Source of the DNA: a virus
Reading direction: 5' to 3' (one strand)
Length of the DNA: 42,137 bases
Virus record (IMG/VR): IMGVR_UViG_3300029109_000001
The notes beneath the pieces were generated by a model. The model was not told where the DNA came from. It ran no database searches and saw only the letters and a list, made by a program, of their open reading frames with translations. Each line of letters opens with the position of its first letter. Position 1 is the stretch's first letter. Below, piece after piece: positions 7,351 to 16,819 of the stretch. Made by a program: the position numbers and the translations under genes.

Positions 7351-7682
7351 TGACGAATCTTAACTATCTTGAGGCGGATGCGGCACTGATTGCGTCTTGT
7401 CTGCCTGAGGAAATCGCCGACGAAATCACCAAGGAGCAGCTGCCACTGTTCTACACGTATGCGCTGCTGATGCGTGCGAAGGGCGTCGATACGCAACTGG
7501 AGGATGTACATGATGCGTGGGCGGCTTGGGCGTCTGCTGCCCGGCCGGACCATCCTGCGTTGGTGCCTTTTGAGGAGCTCACACCGGAGATTCAGGCATT
7601 GGATCGGCCTTTTCTTGATGCTATCCGGGAGGCCGCGTTGGTTCGAAAGGAGGGCGTAACGGTATGGCTGCGCCAAGATTAG
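7350..7682 (+). CDS. Hypothetical protein
   Basis: taATG overlap with the upstream gene. Confidence 0.5.
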   Translation: MTNLNYLEADAALIASCLPEEIADEITKEQLPLFYTYALLMRAKGVDTQLEDVHDAWAAWASAARPDHPALVPFEELTPEIQALDRPFLDAIREAALVRKEGVTVWLRQD

Positions 7683-8152
7683 ATCAGGAGTTACTACAGA
7701 GCCTCAACGGCGCCTGGAGCGGTATGGAGCGCGCTATGGCGTGGCAGCAGGAAGTAATCAAAAAGCTGATGGACCGCTCGGCATCGTTGGATGCGCTGCA
7801 TAAGGCGGTGGATGCCACGGACCACATCAGTAAGCTGCACACTGAGCTGGATCGAGTAAAGCGTGATCGGGATTCCTTGCGCATCGAAAACCGCCAGCTG
7901 GAGCAGCGGTTGGCTGATGCGGTGCATTCTCGTGATTGGGATGAGCTGAGTGGGCTTGCAGAAAATGCTCGGGAGAAAGTTCTGGAAGTGGCGGATTTGG
8001 TGGCGGGGTCCGGTGCCGCAGCGACTTCGGCACCAGCATTGACCGAGTTGATTACTCGTATGGGTGCGGTGACCGCGAAGCTGCGGGAGATCACCGGGGC
8101 TAGCGCTGGGGCTGCTGCTGCCGATACTGGATCGGGGAGCGATCATGCCTGA
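7664..8152 (+). CDS. Coiled-coil hypothetical protein
   Basis: AAGGAGGGcgtaacggtATG start; heptad-like stretch in the central third. Confidence 0.55.
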   Translation: MAAPRLDQELLQSLNGAWSGMERAMAWQQEVIKKLMDRSASLDALHKAVDATDHISKLHTELDRVKRDRDSLRIENRQLEQRLADAVHSRDWDELSGLAENAREKVLEVADLVAGSGAAATSAPALTELITRMGAVTAKLREITGASAGAAAADTGSGSDHA

Positions 8153-8978
8153 GAAGATGCCGGCACGATCGAAAATCGTGGTTGATGTTCGGGAGTTGCA
8201 GCGTGCTATCCGGGCGGTGGTCGGGGTGACGGAGCGCAAACCAGAAATCTATGATGTGGTGCGTCTTATCACCTACGCCGGTAGCCTGCTGGTGGTTGCT
8301 GCGAATCCTCAGCATGTGGTGCAGGCCTATGTGGGCGCTTATTTTGATGATGTGGAAGATGCCCACCGGGTGGTAGAAATCACCACGGCTAGCGCCAAGC
8401 TGTTTCTGAAATTGAAGCCGGATAAGGAAGAAGACGACGCAAGGGCTGCTATCTTCATCCGTGACGAGGAAGTCCAACTTCAGGACCTTTCCGGCACCTG
8501 TGGTGACCTGACGGAGGTGACCGCTGCCCGGGCTGATTCGGCTTTCACCACAGATGTGGCGCAGTTGTTCGACCGGGTGCGTGCCGAGGCCAAGGTTTGC
8601 TCAAACGACCGCGTCGGGGAGGCGGGTGAGCCGATCATGTTCACCTCCGCCCAGGCTGCCGCGCTGGGTGCTGCGGCGGGACAGTTTGATACAGATATTA
8701 TCCCGGTGCCGCTCGCAACCCAACACCACCGCGCCAGGGTGTATGTCGCACTGAAGGATATGTTCGAGTCGTATTCCTTCGTGCCCGCTGACCGCGGCGT
8801 TCAAGAGCCCCTCCCGGGGCTCCCCGGCGCGGCCCCGGAGGGGTCTAACGTTGGGGCGGAAGCTGATATGGGATCGGCGGACGTGGTGCGTGATGGTGAT
8901 GGGTTCGAGTACGACACGGTGATTGATGGGGCGAAGGTTCGGCGGTTGCGTGCGAATCCGACTGGGGGTGCGGTGTGA
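8145..8978 (+). CDS. Hypothetical early protein, 277 aa
   Basis: GGGGAGcgatcATG start; overlaps both neighbouring genes. Confidence 0.55.
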   Translation: MPEKMPARSKIVVDVRELQRAIRAVVGVTERKPEIYDVVRLITYAGSLLVVAANPQHVVQAYVGAYFDDVEDAHRVVEITTASAKLFLKLKPDKEEDDARAAIFIRDEEVQLQDLSGTCGDLTEVTAARADSAFTTDVAQLFDRVRAEAKVCSNDRVGEAGEPIMFTSAQAAALGAAAGQFDTDIIPVPLATQHHRARVYVALKDMFESYSFVPADRGVQEPLPGLPGAAPEGSNVGAEADMGSADVVRDGDGFEYDTVIDGAKVRRLRANPTGGAV

Positions 8979-9505
8979 CCGGTGGGATGTTGCCGTGTGG
9001 TGGTGATGCTGAGCTGGGTATCTGTCAGCAGCGTGATATGCAGGCGACCCCGGCCGCGCCGAGTCTGTGGGATCCGGCTGCGGCGGGTGAGCCGGTGGCG
9101 CGTATGCGGAAGCGCCACCAGCAGGCCAAGTTGCTATGTGCGCAGTGTCCGCTGCTTGAGGCTTGCGAACGGATGCTTTCCGATAGCGAGTGGCGTGGGG
9201 TGCGGGTTGCCGGTGTGGTGGCTGGCCGTTATTCGGATCGCCCCCAACCGCTAACCAGCAGCGATCCCTATCAGCTGTGTTGCCGCTGGTGTGGTGGGCC
9301 TATGGACCCGCAGGCCCTGGTGGCGGCCCATGCGCGGAAGAAGTGCTGTCATACACCGTACCAATATAAACAGCGCCACATGGGAGAAGGGTTATGTAAC
9401 CGCTGCTATCAGGGACACTCAAGGGCGGCTCGTGCCGCCAGGGTAACCCAGCCGCCACGCCGCACCCGGCGCCGTCGGGCGAGTGCGCGTAAACCCGCCG
9501 CCTAG
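8975..9505 (+). CDS. whiB: WhiB-like (Wbl) Fe-S transcription factor with a C-terminal Cys-rich extension
   Basis: PCGGDAEL...AKLLCAQCPLLEACERML...GVRVAGVVAGR matches the Wbl pattern; extra tail CCRWCG..CCHTPY..CNRCY. Confidence 0.65.
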   Translation: MTGGMLPCGGDAELGICQQRDMQATPAAPSLWDPAAAGEPVARMRKRHQQAKLLCAQCPLLEACERMLSDSEWRGVRVAGVVAGRYSDRPQPLTSSDPYQLCCRWCGGPMDPQALVAAHARKKCCHTPYQYKQRHMGEGLCNRCYQGHSRAARAARVTQPPRRTRRRRASARKPAA

Positions 9506-9518
9506 GCGGCATTGCAGG

Positions 9519-9558
9519 AACGCGCGTGATGGGTTGCGTTGCGCGCGTTTATATTTTT
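9519..9558 (+). terminator. Rho-independent terminator after the WhiB-like gene
   Basis: aacgcgcg...cgcgcgtt stem followed by tatattttt. Preceded by the 14-bp palindrome GCCGCCTAGGCGGC (9497-9510) over the stop codon. Confidence 0.6.
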
Positions 9559-9584
9559 GAGATTTACAAAAACAGGAGAAAATC

Positions 9585-10622
9585 ATGGCTTGGCTTAAAA
9601 TGAGCGATACATTCACGACGCATCCGCTAATGATGCGATTACTTGGGATCTGCGAGGGGAATCACCAACTGAAGAATGAAGCATCAGGGGTGCTGCTGGA
9701 TTTGGCGTCGATTTCGGCGGAACATCTGATGGACTACTACGTTGAATATGGCGCACTGGCCCAGGTAGCGCCGGGTCGGGAAGATATCATGATTGATCTG
9801 CTGAGTAGGTCAGGTTTGCTTTTTGAGGAGCAGCAGCCTGATGGGACATGGATGTTACGGCTTGTGGATGACCCTGGCCTCTTTCACATGCGGTCCCGGG
9901 AGGAGGTGGAGCTTGACCGTCGTCGGTCGAAGGATAAGCGCAACCCAGATTTGCTCATGCAAGTGCGGCTAAGGGATGGAGACCAATGCCGCTGGTGTGG
10001 AAAGACTGTCGATTGGCGAGACCGCCGTAGTCACCGGCGGGGCACATATGATTCACTTAATGGGCATCGGGACTCAACGGCAGAAACTTTAGTTGTTGCC
10101 TGCTGGTCATGCAACAGTCGGCGCGGTGCTGGCGAGGTCCTGGATCTGCAGGACCCGCCCACGCCCGAGGAAGTGCACTACAACAAATACAGCATCGAGT
10201 TCATCAACAACTCGCAGTACGCAAAGGACCACAATATTCACGTAGTGGCTAAGGAAGAACGCGAGAAACAGCACAAACAATCCACTCGCGCCTGGCGTGC
10301 CGCACCACAGCCTAAAGCAACGGTAGACGAAGCCAAGGCTGATACACATGATACGCCACCCCGGTTGAGCGATGCGACGCCTACGCGGTCCAATAATGTT
10401 TCCACCCCAGGTGGGTTTAGCGATCCGGTAGAAACCGCGCCGGACTGGGCGATGGGGGAGGAGCTTTCAGAAGCTCTAAGGGAATGCGCTTCGGTGTCGG
10501 TGGGGGGCTCTATCAGTGGTTCTGATCGTGAGCATGCCAAGCGGGTGAAGCCAGCGCGGGCGCGTCGCCGTGTCCAGCGTCGGCACCGTAAGCACAAGCG
10601 TGGGCGTGGGAAGCGGAAGTAG
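9585..10622 (+). CDS. HNH-motif protein with a basic disordered tail
   Basis: CRWCG...H...N...H...ACWSCNSRRG; AGGAGAaaatcATG start. Confidence 0.55.
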   Translation: MAWLKMSDTFTTHPLMMRLLGICEGNHQLKNEASGVLLDLASISAEHLMDYYVEYGALAQVAPGREDIMIDLLSRSGLLFEEQQPDGTWMLRLVDDPGLFHMRSREEVELDRRRSKDKRNPDLLMQVRLRDGDQCRWCGKTVDWRDRRSHRRGTYDSLNGHRDSTAETLVVACWSCNSRRGAGEVLDLQDPPTPEEVHYNKYSIEFINNSQYAKDHNIHVVAKEEREKQHKQSTRAWRAAPQPKATVDEAKADTHDTPPRLSDATPTRSNNVSTPGGFSDPVETAPDWAMGEELSEALRECASVSVGGSISGSDREHAKRVKPARARRRVQRRHRKHKRGRGKRK

Positions 10623-10947
10623 GGGTAAGTAGCTCACTAGGTAGACGAAGGTAGGTGATATAGCGTAGCACCGCGCATCGTTACCCGCTTCAGCAGGGCT
10701 GGGGCGGGTAGTTGGCGTGCGTGCGGCCAGGTGGGTTGGCGTCTAACCATGCGGTGGCCATGGGTGGAAGTGTGCCGTGGCTGTTGTTGGACGCCTTCTT
10801 GTTGGCCGCGATAAAGATAAAGCGGAGGCCGCTTGCAAGCAAACGGCCTCGGATACTCCTTCCACGCATGGTGGACGAGCTGCTTTTAGGATAGGAAGCT
10901 TGAACGAATTTTGCCAATTATGGCGCATATGCGCACTTAGAAGGGGT

Positions 10948-10975
10948 CCCGGGCATATGCCCGGGTTTTCTTTTG
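10948..10975 (+). terminator. Strong rho-independent terminator
   Basis: Perfect 18-bp palindrome CCCGGGCATATGCCCGGG followed by ttttctttt. The palindrome GCGCATATGCGC sits just upstream at 10924-10935. Confidence 0.7.
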
Positions 10976-11000
10976 CCCTGTTTTATAACGAAACGGTAAA

Positions 11001-11087
11001 ACCTAGTACGGATCTAGATCGGACCTAGATCGAAACCAGAACAATGGGGTGACGGATCTAGGATCGTCGGGTCGGGTCGGGGCGGGT
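11001..11087. repeat. Iteron-like array of (G)ATCTAG(G)ATCG repeats holding 5 GATC sites, then a GTCGG x3 tract
   Basis: cggATCTAGATCGga, cCTAGATCGaa, ggATCTAGGATCGtc, GTCGGGTCGGGTCGGGGCGG. Confidence 0.55.
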
Positions 11088-11166
11088 AGAGCAGTTAGGT
11101 GGCAGGGGCGGTGAGTAGACTACAAACCTATTGAGGGATACCTATTTAAGAGAGAGGACTAAAGCG

Positions 11167-11790
11167 GTGGATGATTATCTGCTTCATGAGTTAGGGAAGG
11201 GCTTGTACTCACTGGAACGTAATGGTGCCGGGTTAGAGGAGCTCCTTACCTTTCACCGTGGGAGTAGTACCACTGATACCCCAGGGCGCGCGGTGTGTTG
11301 TTCAAAGCCCCCGGTGAATCTGACGGTGTTGGATCTTCTGGTTCAGACGGAAGGGTTGCTTTCGTTTTGGGCGTCGGAAGTGTTGGCGTGTGGTGATGAT
11401 GTTGTGGGCCCGGTGCCTGACGGGATCACGGCTACGGCCGCTTGGTTGCAGCGATACCTGTATGTGGCAGATAGTGTGCCGTGGGGTGAGATGATGGCGG
11501 AAGAAGTGATTGCCCAGACGCGTATGGTGGCGTCTGTGGTGGAGCCTGACAGTGGGGGAGAGGAACCATCCCCGCCGGAGTGGGCGACGTGTCAGGTGGC
11601 GGCTTCGTGGGCTAAGCAATCTGGGGTACAGGTGTCGCGCACGACCGTCTATCGGTGGGCGCAGGCGGGGAAAGTGGCTACCACAAAAGGTGATGATGGT
11701 GGCATGTTGGTGCGGCTGGATGATGTGTTGGCGCGCGCTGGTGCGATGCGTGGTGCGTTATCCTTTGGTGTGGGACAGGTGTTGGTGTAA
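11167..11790 (+). CDS. Hypothetical protein with a C-terminal HTH
   Basis: GAGAGAGGactaaagcgGTG start; C-terminal VSRTTVYRWAQAGKV. Confidence 0.5.
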   Translation: MDDYLLHELGKGLYSLERNGAGLEELLTFHRGSSTTDTPGRAVCCSKPPVNLTVLDLLVQTEGLLSFWASEVLACGDDVVGPVPDGITATAAWLQRYLYVADSVPWGEMMAEEVIAQTRMVASVVEPDSGGEEPSPPEWATCQVAASWAKQSGVQVSRTTVYRWAQAGKVATTKGDDGGMLVRLDDVLARAGAMRGALSFGVGQVLV

Positions 11791-11860
11791 ACTGGCGTTC
11801 GGAACTCCTGGGTAAACACCTGGGGGTTTAGTCATGCATAGGGTTGGGGAGGAGGGGATC

Positions 11861-12115
11861 ATGGGATCAGAAGCAAAGAGTATCCAGCAAGAGATTGATC
11901 GTCGCTTCCGGTATCACGAAGGCACCGACGATCAGTGCGAAGACTGCATTAAGGTTCGTGCCAGTGTGCAGGCGGCGGCGTATCGTGTGGCGGCGATCGC
12001 ACCGGACTGTCGTGAGCGTGAGCTAGCCATCACGCACCTAGAACAAGCACTTTCATGGGCGATTGCTGCTATCGTTCGCCCGTCGCAAGGCGGTGCTGCT
12101 GATGGCGTGGCGTAA
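11861..12115 (+). CDS. Hypothetical protein, 84 aa
   Basis: GGGAGGAGGGGatcATG start. Confidence 0.5.
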   Translation: MGSEAKSIQQEIDRRFRYHEGTDDQCEDCIKVRASVQAAAYRVAAIAPDCRERELAITHLEQALSWAIAAIVRPSQGGAADGVA

Positions 12116-12416
12116 TGGTGCGTCGCGCACAACCGCGGCCGAGTGGAAACGCCTACGCGGATTAGCGAAACGGCACCTTCCTTACTGGTGCGCCCAGTGT
12201 GGTACCGAACCAGTGACAGGACGAGGTGGCCTAGAGTTGGACCATGTTATTCCGGTCGCTGAGGGCGGCACCGATGGGCTCGATAATCTCCAGTGGCTGT
12301 GCGCTAGTTGCCATGCAGAAAAATCCCGGCGCGAATCAGCACGGGGGATCAGTAGGCGTGTGGCCCGCCGCCGGCTGTATGACAGGTTTGCGCTCCGTCA
12401 CCCCGGCCTGAAATAA
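12102..12416 (+). CDS. HNH endonuclease (terminase-associated type)
   Basis: CAQCG...LELDHVIPVAEGGTDGLDNLQWLCASCHAEKS. Confidence 0.75.
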   Translation: MAWRNGASRTTAAEWKRLRGLAKRHLPYWCAQCGTEPVTGRGGLELDHVIPVAEGGTDGLDNLQWLCASCHAEKSRRESARGISRRVARRRLYDRFALRHPGLK

Positions 12417-12711
12417 GGTGACCTAGGCCACTTGGGGTGGGGGGTACCCCGCCGCCGGCCGGTCCCTGGTACGGGACACATACGGCCCCCGGCTGTGTAC
12501 GGGTTTCAGGGTTTTTGCTGGTCAGGATAGGTTTATTGGTTTTTGGGTGCTGGTTGATGGTGTGCGCTGGGGCTGTGACCTGCGGCTTTGCGCTATGGTG
12601 TGGGTCACTATTTCCTTGGCTACCTATCCCCTCGGTCATTAGTAGCCGGAAAGGGTAAATATGCCAAGCTAGGACTAGGTATATCGTAACGCTTATGGTA
12701 AAATACAGATT

Positions 12712-13293
12712 ATGAGATTGGCGTGTGAGGTGTGCGAAGCCCGGCTGGAGATCCCCACCAGGGGACGCTCCCCGCGGTTTTGTTCGTCCGCATGCAGGCA
12801 GAAGGCCTACCGGCGGCGTCGGCGTGAGCAGTTGCCGGCCCGGATGCGGGAACTATCCCGGTGGACGGCGGCTGATGGCAAGCGGCCCGTCACAGTCGCC
12901 GGCTCTCCTGCGTCAACCACCAAGCCAGAAACTTGGACTACCCACGCTGAGGTGCAGGATGGCCCGCACGGCGTCATGCTGGGCGGCGGCCTAGCCTGTA
13001 TTGACCTTGACCACTGCATCCGGCGCGGCAAGGTGGCCGACTGGGCGGTCGAGATTATCCGGGCTGTGCCAGGTGCCGTTGTGGAGCGGTCGGTCTCCCG
13101 GCGTGGCTTGCACATTTTCGGGCTGCTCCCGGAAGGGCCTGGGCGTCGGCGCGACTGCGTAGAAGTCTATTCCCGGGCTCGGTTCATTCGCACGACGGAG
13201 GATATTTACCGCATGGGCGGCCTCGTTGATCTGGCCCCCGCGGTGCGAGTAGCTGCCGCACTGCAGCGAGAGGGACGTATCCCCGAGCGGTAA
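12712..13293 (+). CDS. Small Prim-Pol (bifunctional primase/polymerase N-terminal domain) protein with an N-terminal Zn-ribbon
   Basis: CEVCE...CSSACRQKAYRRRR; GKRPV..W; IDLDH; SRRGLHIFG. Confidence 0.5.
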   Translation: MRLACEVCEARLEIPTRGRSPRFCSSACRQKAYRRRRREQLPARMRELSRWTAADGKRPVTVAGSPASTTKPETWTTHAEVQDGPHGVMLGGGLACIDLDHCIRRGKVADWAVEIIRAVPGAVVERSVSRRGLHIFGLLPEGPGRRRDCVEVYSRARFIRTTEDIYRMGGLVDLAPAVRVAAALQREGRIPER

Positions 13294-13313
13294 GCAAGTG
13301 TTGAAGGAGGTGG

Positions 13314-13751
13314 TTGGTCATGGTGCGTGGTCCGATACCGAAGCGTAGCGACCAGCGTAGGCGGCGCAACAAACCGGAGGCTGATGCTCCCGCTGTGGTG
13401 GTGGCCATGGGGCAGCAGGTGGTGAAACCGCCCACAGAGGACCGGGCGTGGCACCCATATGCCAAGGACTGGTTTAGGGCGTTGAAGCGGTCCGGCCAGT
13501 CGCAGTTCTATCAGGAAAGCGATTGGCGTGAAGCAAAGCTAGTGGCCTGGCTTATCACCCAGGAGCTAAGTTCCCCGACTGGCGCCCGTGCTGGGATGAT
13601 GGATGTGATTTTCTCCCGCGCTGATGCCTTGATGACCACCGAAGGGGCGCGCCGTCGGCTACGTGTAGAGCTCATCACCCCGAAGGTGACTGATGAGGCA
13701 AAGGAGGCCACCGTGTCGATCATGGAACAGTACAGGGCTGATCTAGCATGA
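13314..13751 (+). CDS. terS: Terminase small subunit
   Basis: GAAGGAGGtggttggtcATG start; basic N-terminus; immediately upstream of and overlapping terL. Confidence 0.65.
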   Translation: MVMVRGPIPKRSDQRRRRNKPEADAPAVVVAMGQQVVKPPTEDRAWHPYAKDWFRALKRSGQSQFYQESDWREAKLVAWLITQELSSPTGARAGMMDVIFSRADALMTTEGARRRLRVELITPKVTDEAKEATVSIMEQYRADLA

Positions 13752-15385
13752 TGATCTCCCCGGAGGAACGCCTCGACACGCTTCCCCCGGGGGTTCCCGA
13801 TTTAACGCTCGGCTGGGAGGCGCTAGCGTGGGCTGCCAAATATCTGAAACATCCGAATGGGCTTCGCGCCGGGTTGCCGTGGGTTTACACCGAGCGGCAA
13901 GCCAGATTCATCTTATGGTTTTACGCGATTGATGAGAATGGCAAGTGGCTTTTTTATAACTCTTTCCGCCGACTGGCCAAGGGGAGTGGCAAGAGCCCGT
14001 TTGCCGGCGCCCTGGCCCTGACGGAGTTACTGGCTCCGGTCCGGCTTGATCGGTTTGACCCCCAAGTGCCAGGCGCCTGCATCGGCAAGCCAGTGGCCAT
14101 GCCGTGGGTGCAAATAGCCGCAGTGTCCGAGAAGCAGACCGATAACACGATGAGGCATGTGCGTGCGATGGCGAACAAGAAAGCCGCACCTAGATTGCAC
14201 CGCGATTATGACATCGACCCCGGTAAAACCCAAATCAATATCGTGCCAGAAGGAAAGCTAGAGGTCATCACTTCATCAGCTATGACCCAAGAAGGCGCCG
14301 AAGCCACGTTCATCGTTGGTGACGAGCTCGAACACTGGACACCAGGCAACGGCGGCACCAAGCTATACAGCACCCTGGCGGACAACCTTGCCAAGTCAGG
14401 AAGCCGGATGCTAGGGACCTTAAATGCTTGGGAACCAGGCCTAGGCACGGTCGGCGAGAGCACCTTCCAGGCTTGGTGTCTCCAGGAAAACGGGAAGTCG
14501 AAGAACGACCGGCACATCCTCATGGATATCCGCCAAGCCCCGCTAGACACCAATCTGGCTGACGCCATATCGCTTCGCACCGGGCTGGAGTTTGTATATC
14601 AGGATTGCCCATGGGTGGATGTTGATACCATCATCACCAGGGTTTGGTCCCCGGAGGCATCCCCGGATGACTCCAAGCGCAAATACTTGAACTGGCCTAC
14701 CGCGGCCGCGAACGCCTGGGTAGACCCGAACGATGTTGCGCTCATGGCGCGCCGGGAAACCATCGTGGCAGAAGGGGAGGAGATTGTCATGTTCTTCGAC
14801 GGCTCATTGTCCCGCGATACCACAGCTTTGGTAGGGTGCCGGGTTAGCGATGGCCATGCGTTCCTGATTGGGTCGTGGGACCCCGGCAACAGCCATAACA
14901 CTGCCGGCACAGTGGATGTGGAGGCGGTAGACGCGCGTGTGGATAAAGCCTTCGCCAGGTATGATGTGAAAGCCTTTTTCGCAGACGTCCGCGAGTGGGA
15001 AAGCTTCACGAAGGTCACTTGGCCGGCCCGCTATAAGGACCGGCTACAGCTCTGGGCGAGCCCTGGTGGGAAGCAGCCGGAGCCGATTGCGTGGGATATG
15101 CGTGGGAAGCTTTTCGATTTCACCCAAGCGTGTGAGCTCACAGAGAGAGAAATCATCGAGCATGCTTTTACCCACGATGGCCACCCGGTGCTTACTGCTC
15201 ATATGCGGAACTGTCGGCGCTCAGAGAACCGCTACGGCATATCCGTAAAGAAAGAGTCCCCATCATCGGCAAAGAAGATTGATGCCGCAGTGTGCCTAAT
15301 CGGAGCGCGCATGGCCCGCAGACTGTATCTAGAGCACGCGGCGCATCACATGCCGAAGCATTCAGGAAGGGCGGTGTTTTTATGA
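13748..15385 (+). CDS. terL: Terminase large subunit
   Basis: 545 aa with ATPase and nuclease halves (VGDELEHW, FFDGSLSRD). Confidence 0.8.
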   Translation: MMISPEERLDTLPPGVPDLTLGWEALAWAAKYLKHPNGLRAGLPWVYTERQARFILWFYAIDENGKWLFYNSFRRLAKGSGKSPFAGALALTELLAPVRLDRFDPQVPGACIGKPVAMPWVQIAAVSEKQTDNTMRHVRAMANKKAAPRLHRDYDIDPGKTQINIVPEGKLEVITSSAMTQEGAEATFIVGDELEHWTPGNGGTKLYSTLADNLAKSGSRMLGTLNAWEPGLGTVGESTFQAWCLQENGKSKNDRHILMDIRQAPLDTNLADAISLRTGLEFVYQDCPWVDVDTIITRVWSPEASPDDSKRKYLNWPTAAANAWVDPNDVALMARRETIVAEGEEIVMFFDGSLSRDTTALVGCRVSDGHAFLIGSWDPGNSHNTAGTVDVEAVDARVDKAFARYDVKAFFADVREWESFTKVTWPARYKDRLQLWASPGGKQPEPIAWDMRGKLFDFTQACELTEREIIEHAFTHDGHPVLTAHMRNCRRSENRYGISVKKESPSSAKKIDAAVCLIGARMARRLYLEHAAHHMPKHSGRAVFL

Positions 15386-16797
15386 GCATGAGCCATAGCC
15401 AGGTCTTGGCTGCTGTGCGTGGTTTACTGGCACAGTATGCCAGGGAGCGCCAGGTGTTTGACCGAATCAACAGTGCGATGCGCCCATGGAGTCGACAAGA
15501 GATCATTAACCGGTTCGGCATCCTGAAGAACAAAAATGCCAACCTTATGATTGACCGGCAAATCCAGCTCGCTAGGGATTCGCAAACCATGTATCTGCCT
15601 TTGGTGTTGGACACGTTCGCGCAGTCAATGAAAGTGGAGGACTATTTCTCCGGGGTTGATGCTGGCGCCCGCGCCAGGGCATGGAAGCACTGGCAGCGTA
15701 ATAACCTTGATGCCCGCCAAACCGGCATTACCCGCGCCGCCCTGCAATACGGCACCTCGTATGCCGTGGTTGACCAGGGTATTGTGGGCGGTAATGCGGC
15801 ACCGCTAATTACCGGCGTGTCCCCCCGTCATATGACTGCTTACTATGGTGAGGCCTATGCTTGGCCGGGCGAATCTGGTGTGGCATCAGAATGGCCGATC
15901 CTGGCCCTAGAGGTTAAGGGCAACCGCATGCGGCTATTCGATGAGGAAAAAATCTACTACATCGGCGCTATCGAAACCCCGCAGGAAATCAAAGATTGGG
16001 CTGCCCATCCGTGGAACACAGCCAGGAATCTCCAGCTTATCGAAGCCCGCGACCATAACGCGGGTGTGCCCCCAGTAGTGAGGTTCCGCGACCGGTGGCT
16101 TCTGGAAGGCGAAGAAGTCGCCGGCATTATTGAGCCGCTGATCGCGCTGCAAAGCCGCATCGACCGCACAAGCTGGGAGGCCGCGGTCGCCCAATACTAC
16201 AGCGCGTTTAAACAACGCTATGTGGTCGGCTGGGCTCCAGACGATGACGCTGAGGGCATCCGCATGCGCGCCAGTGACGTGTGGCTCATCGACGCCGACG
16301 CGAAAGTCGGCCAGTTTGATGAAACGGACATCCGCCAGTATGTGGATGTGAAGCAGGCATCTATCCGCGATATGGCGGCGATCGCCCAGGTGCCAGCCCA
16401 GTCGCTCGGCGCCAACGCTATCAGCAATGTTTCCGCAGATGGCTTGGCGGCTATGGAATCTGCCAAGGACAGGAAATCCTCAGAGATCCGAACCTCCCTA
16501 GGCGAATCCTACGAGCAGCTACTACGGCTCTGCGCCCACCTTGATGGCGACCAGCAGGAAGCCGCCGACTTTGCGTCCGAAGTCAAATGGGCCGACATGA
16601 CAGCCCGAAGCTTCGCCCAAACAGTAGATGCCCTGGGGAAACTTGCCACTATGCTGAGTATCCCCCCGGAAATCCTTTGGGAAGACATCCCAGGGTTCAC
16701 TGCTGAAAAGATCAAACGCATCAAGCAAACAATGGCAAGAACCCCAGGCTTTGACGCTACGGCGGAACCTCCACTAGGCGACACGATAACGCGCTAA
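15382..16797 (+). CDS. Portal protein
   Basis: ATGA overlap with terL; 471 aa; located between terL and MuF. Confidence 0.75.
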   Translation: MSMSHSQVLAAVRGLLAQYARERQVFDRINSAMRPWSRQEIINRFGILKNKNANLMIDRQIQLARDSQTMYLPLVLDTFAQSMKVEDYFSGVDAGARARAWKHWQRNNLDARQTGITRAALQYGTSYAVVDQGIVGGNAAPLITGVSPRHMTAYYGEAYAWPGESGVASEWPILALEVKGNRMRLFDEEKIYYIGAIETPQEIKDWAAHPWNTARNLQLIEARDHNAGVPPVVRFRDRWLLEGEEVAGIIEPLIALQSRIDRTSWEAAVAQYYSAFKQRYVVGWAPDDDAEGIRMRASDVWLIDADAKVGQFDETDIRQYVDVKQASIRDMAAIAQVPAQSLGANAISNVSADGLAAMESAKDRKSSEIRTSLGESYEQLLRLCAHLDGDQQEAADFASEVKWADMTARSFAQTVDALGKLATMLSIPPEILWEDIPGFTAEKIKRIKQTMARTPGFDATAEPPLGDTITR

Positions 16798-16819
16798 CCC
16801 CCGGAGAGGCAGGTGACAC

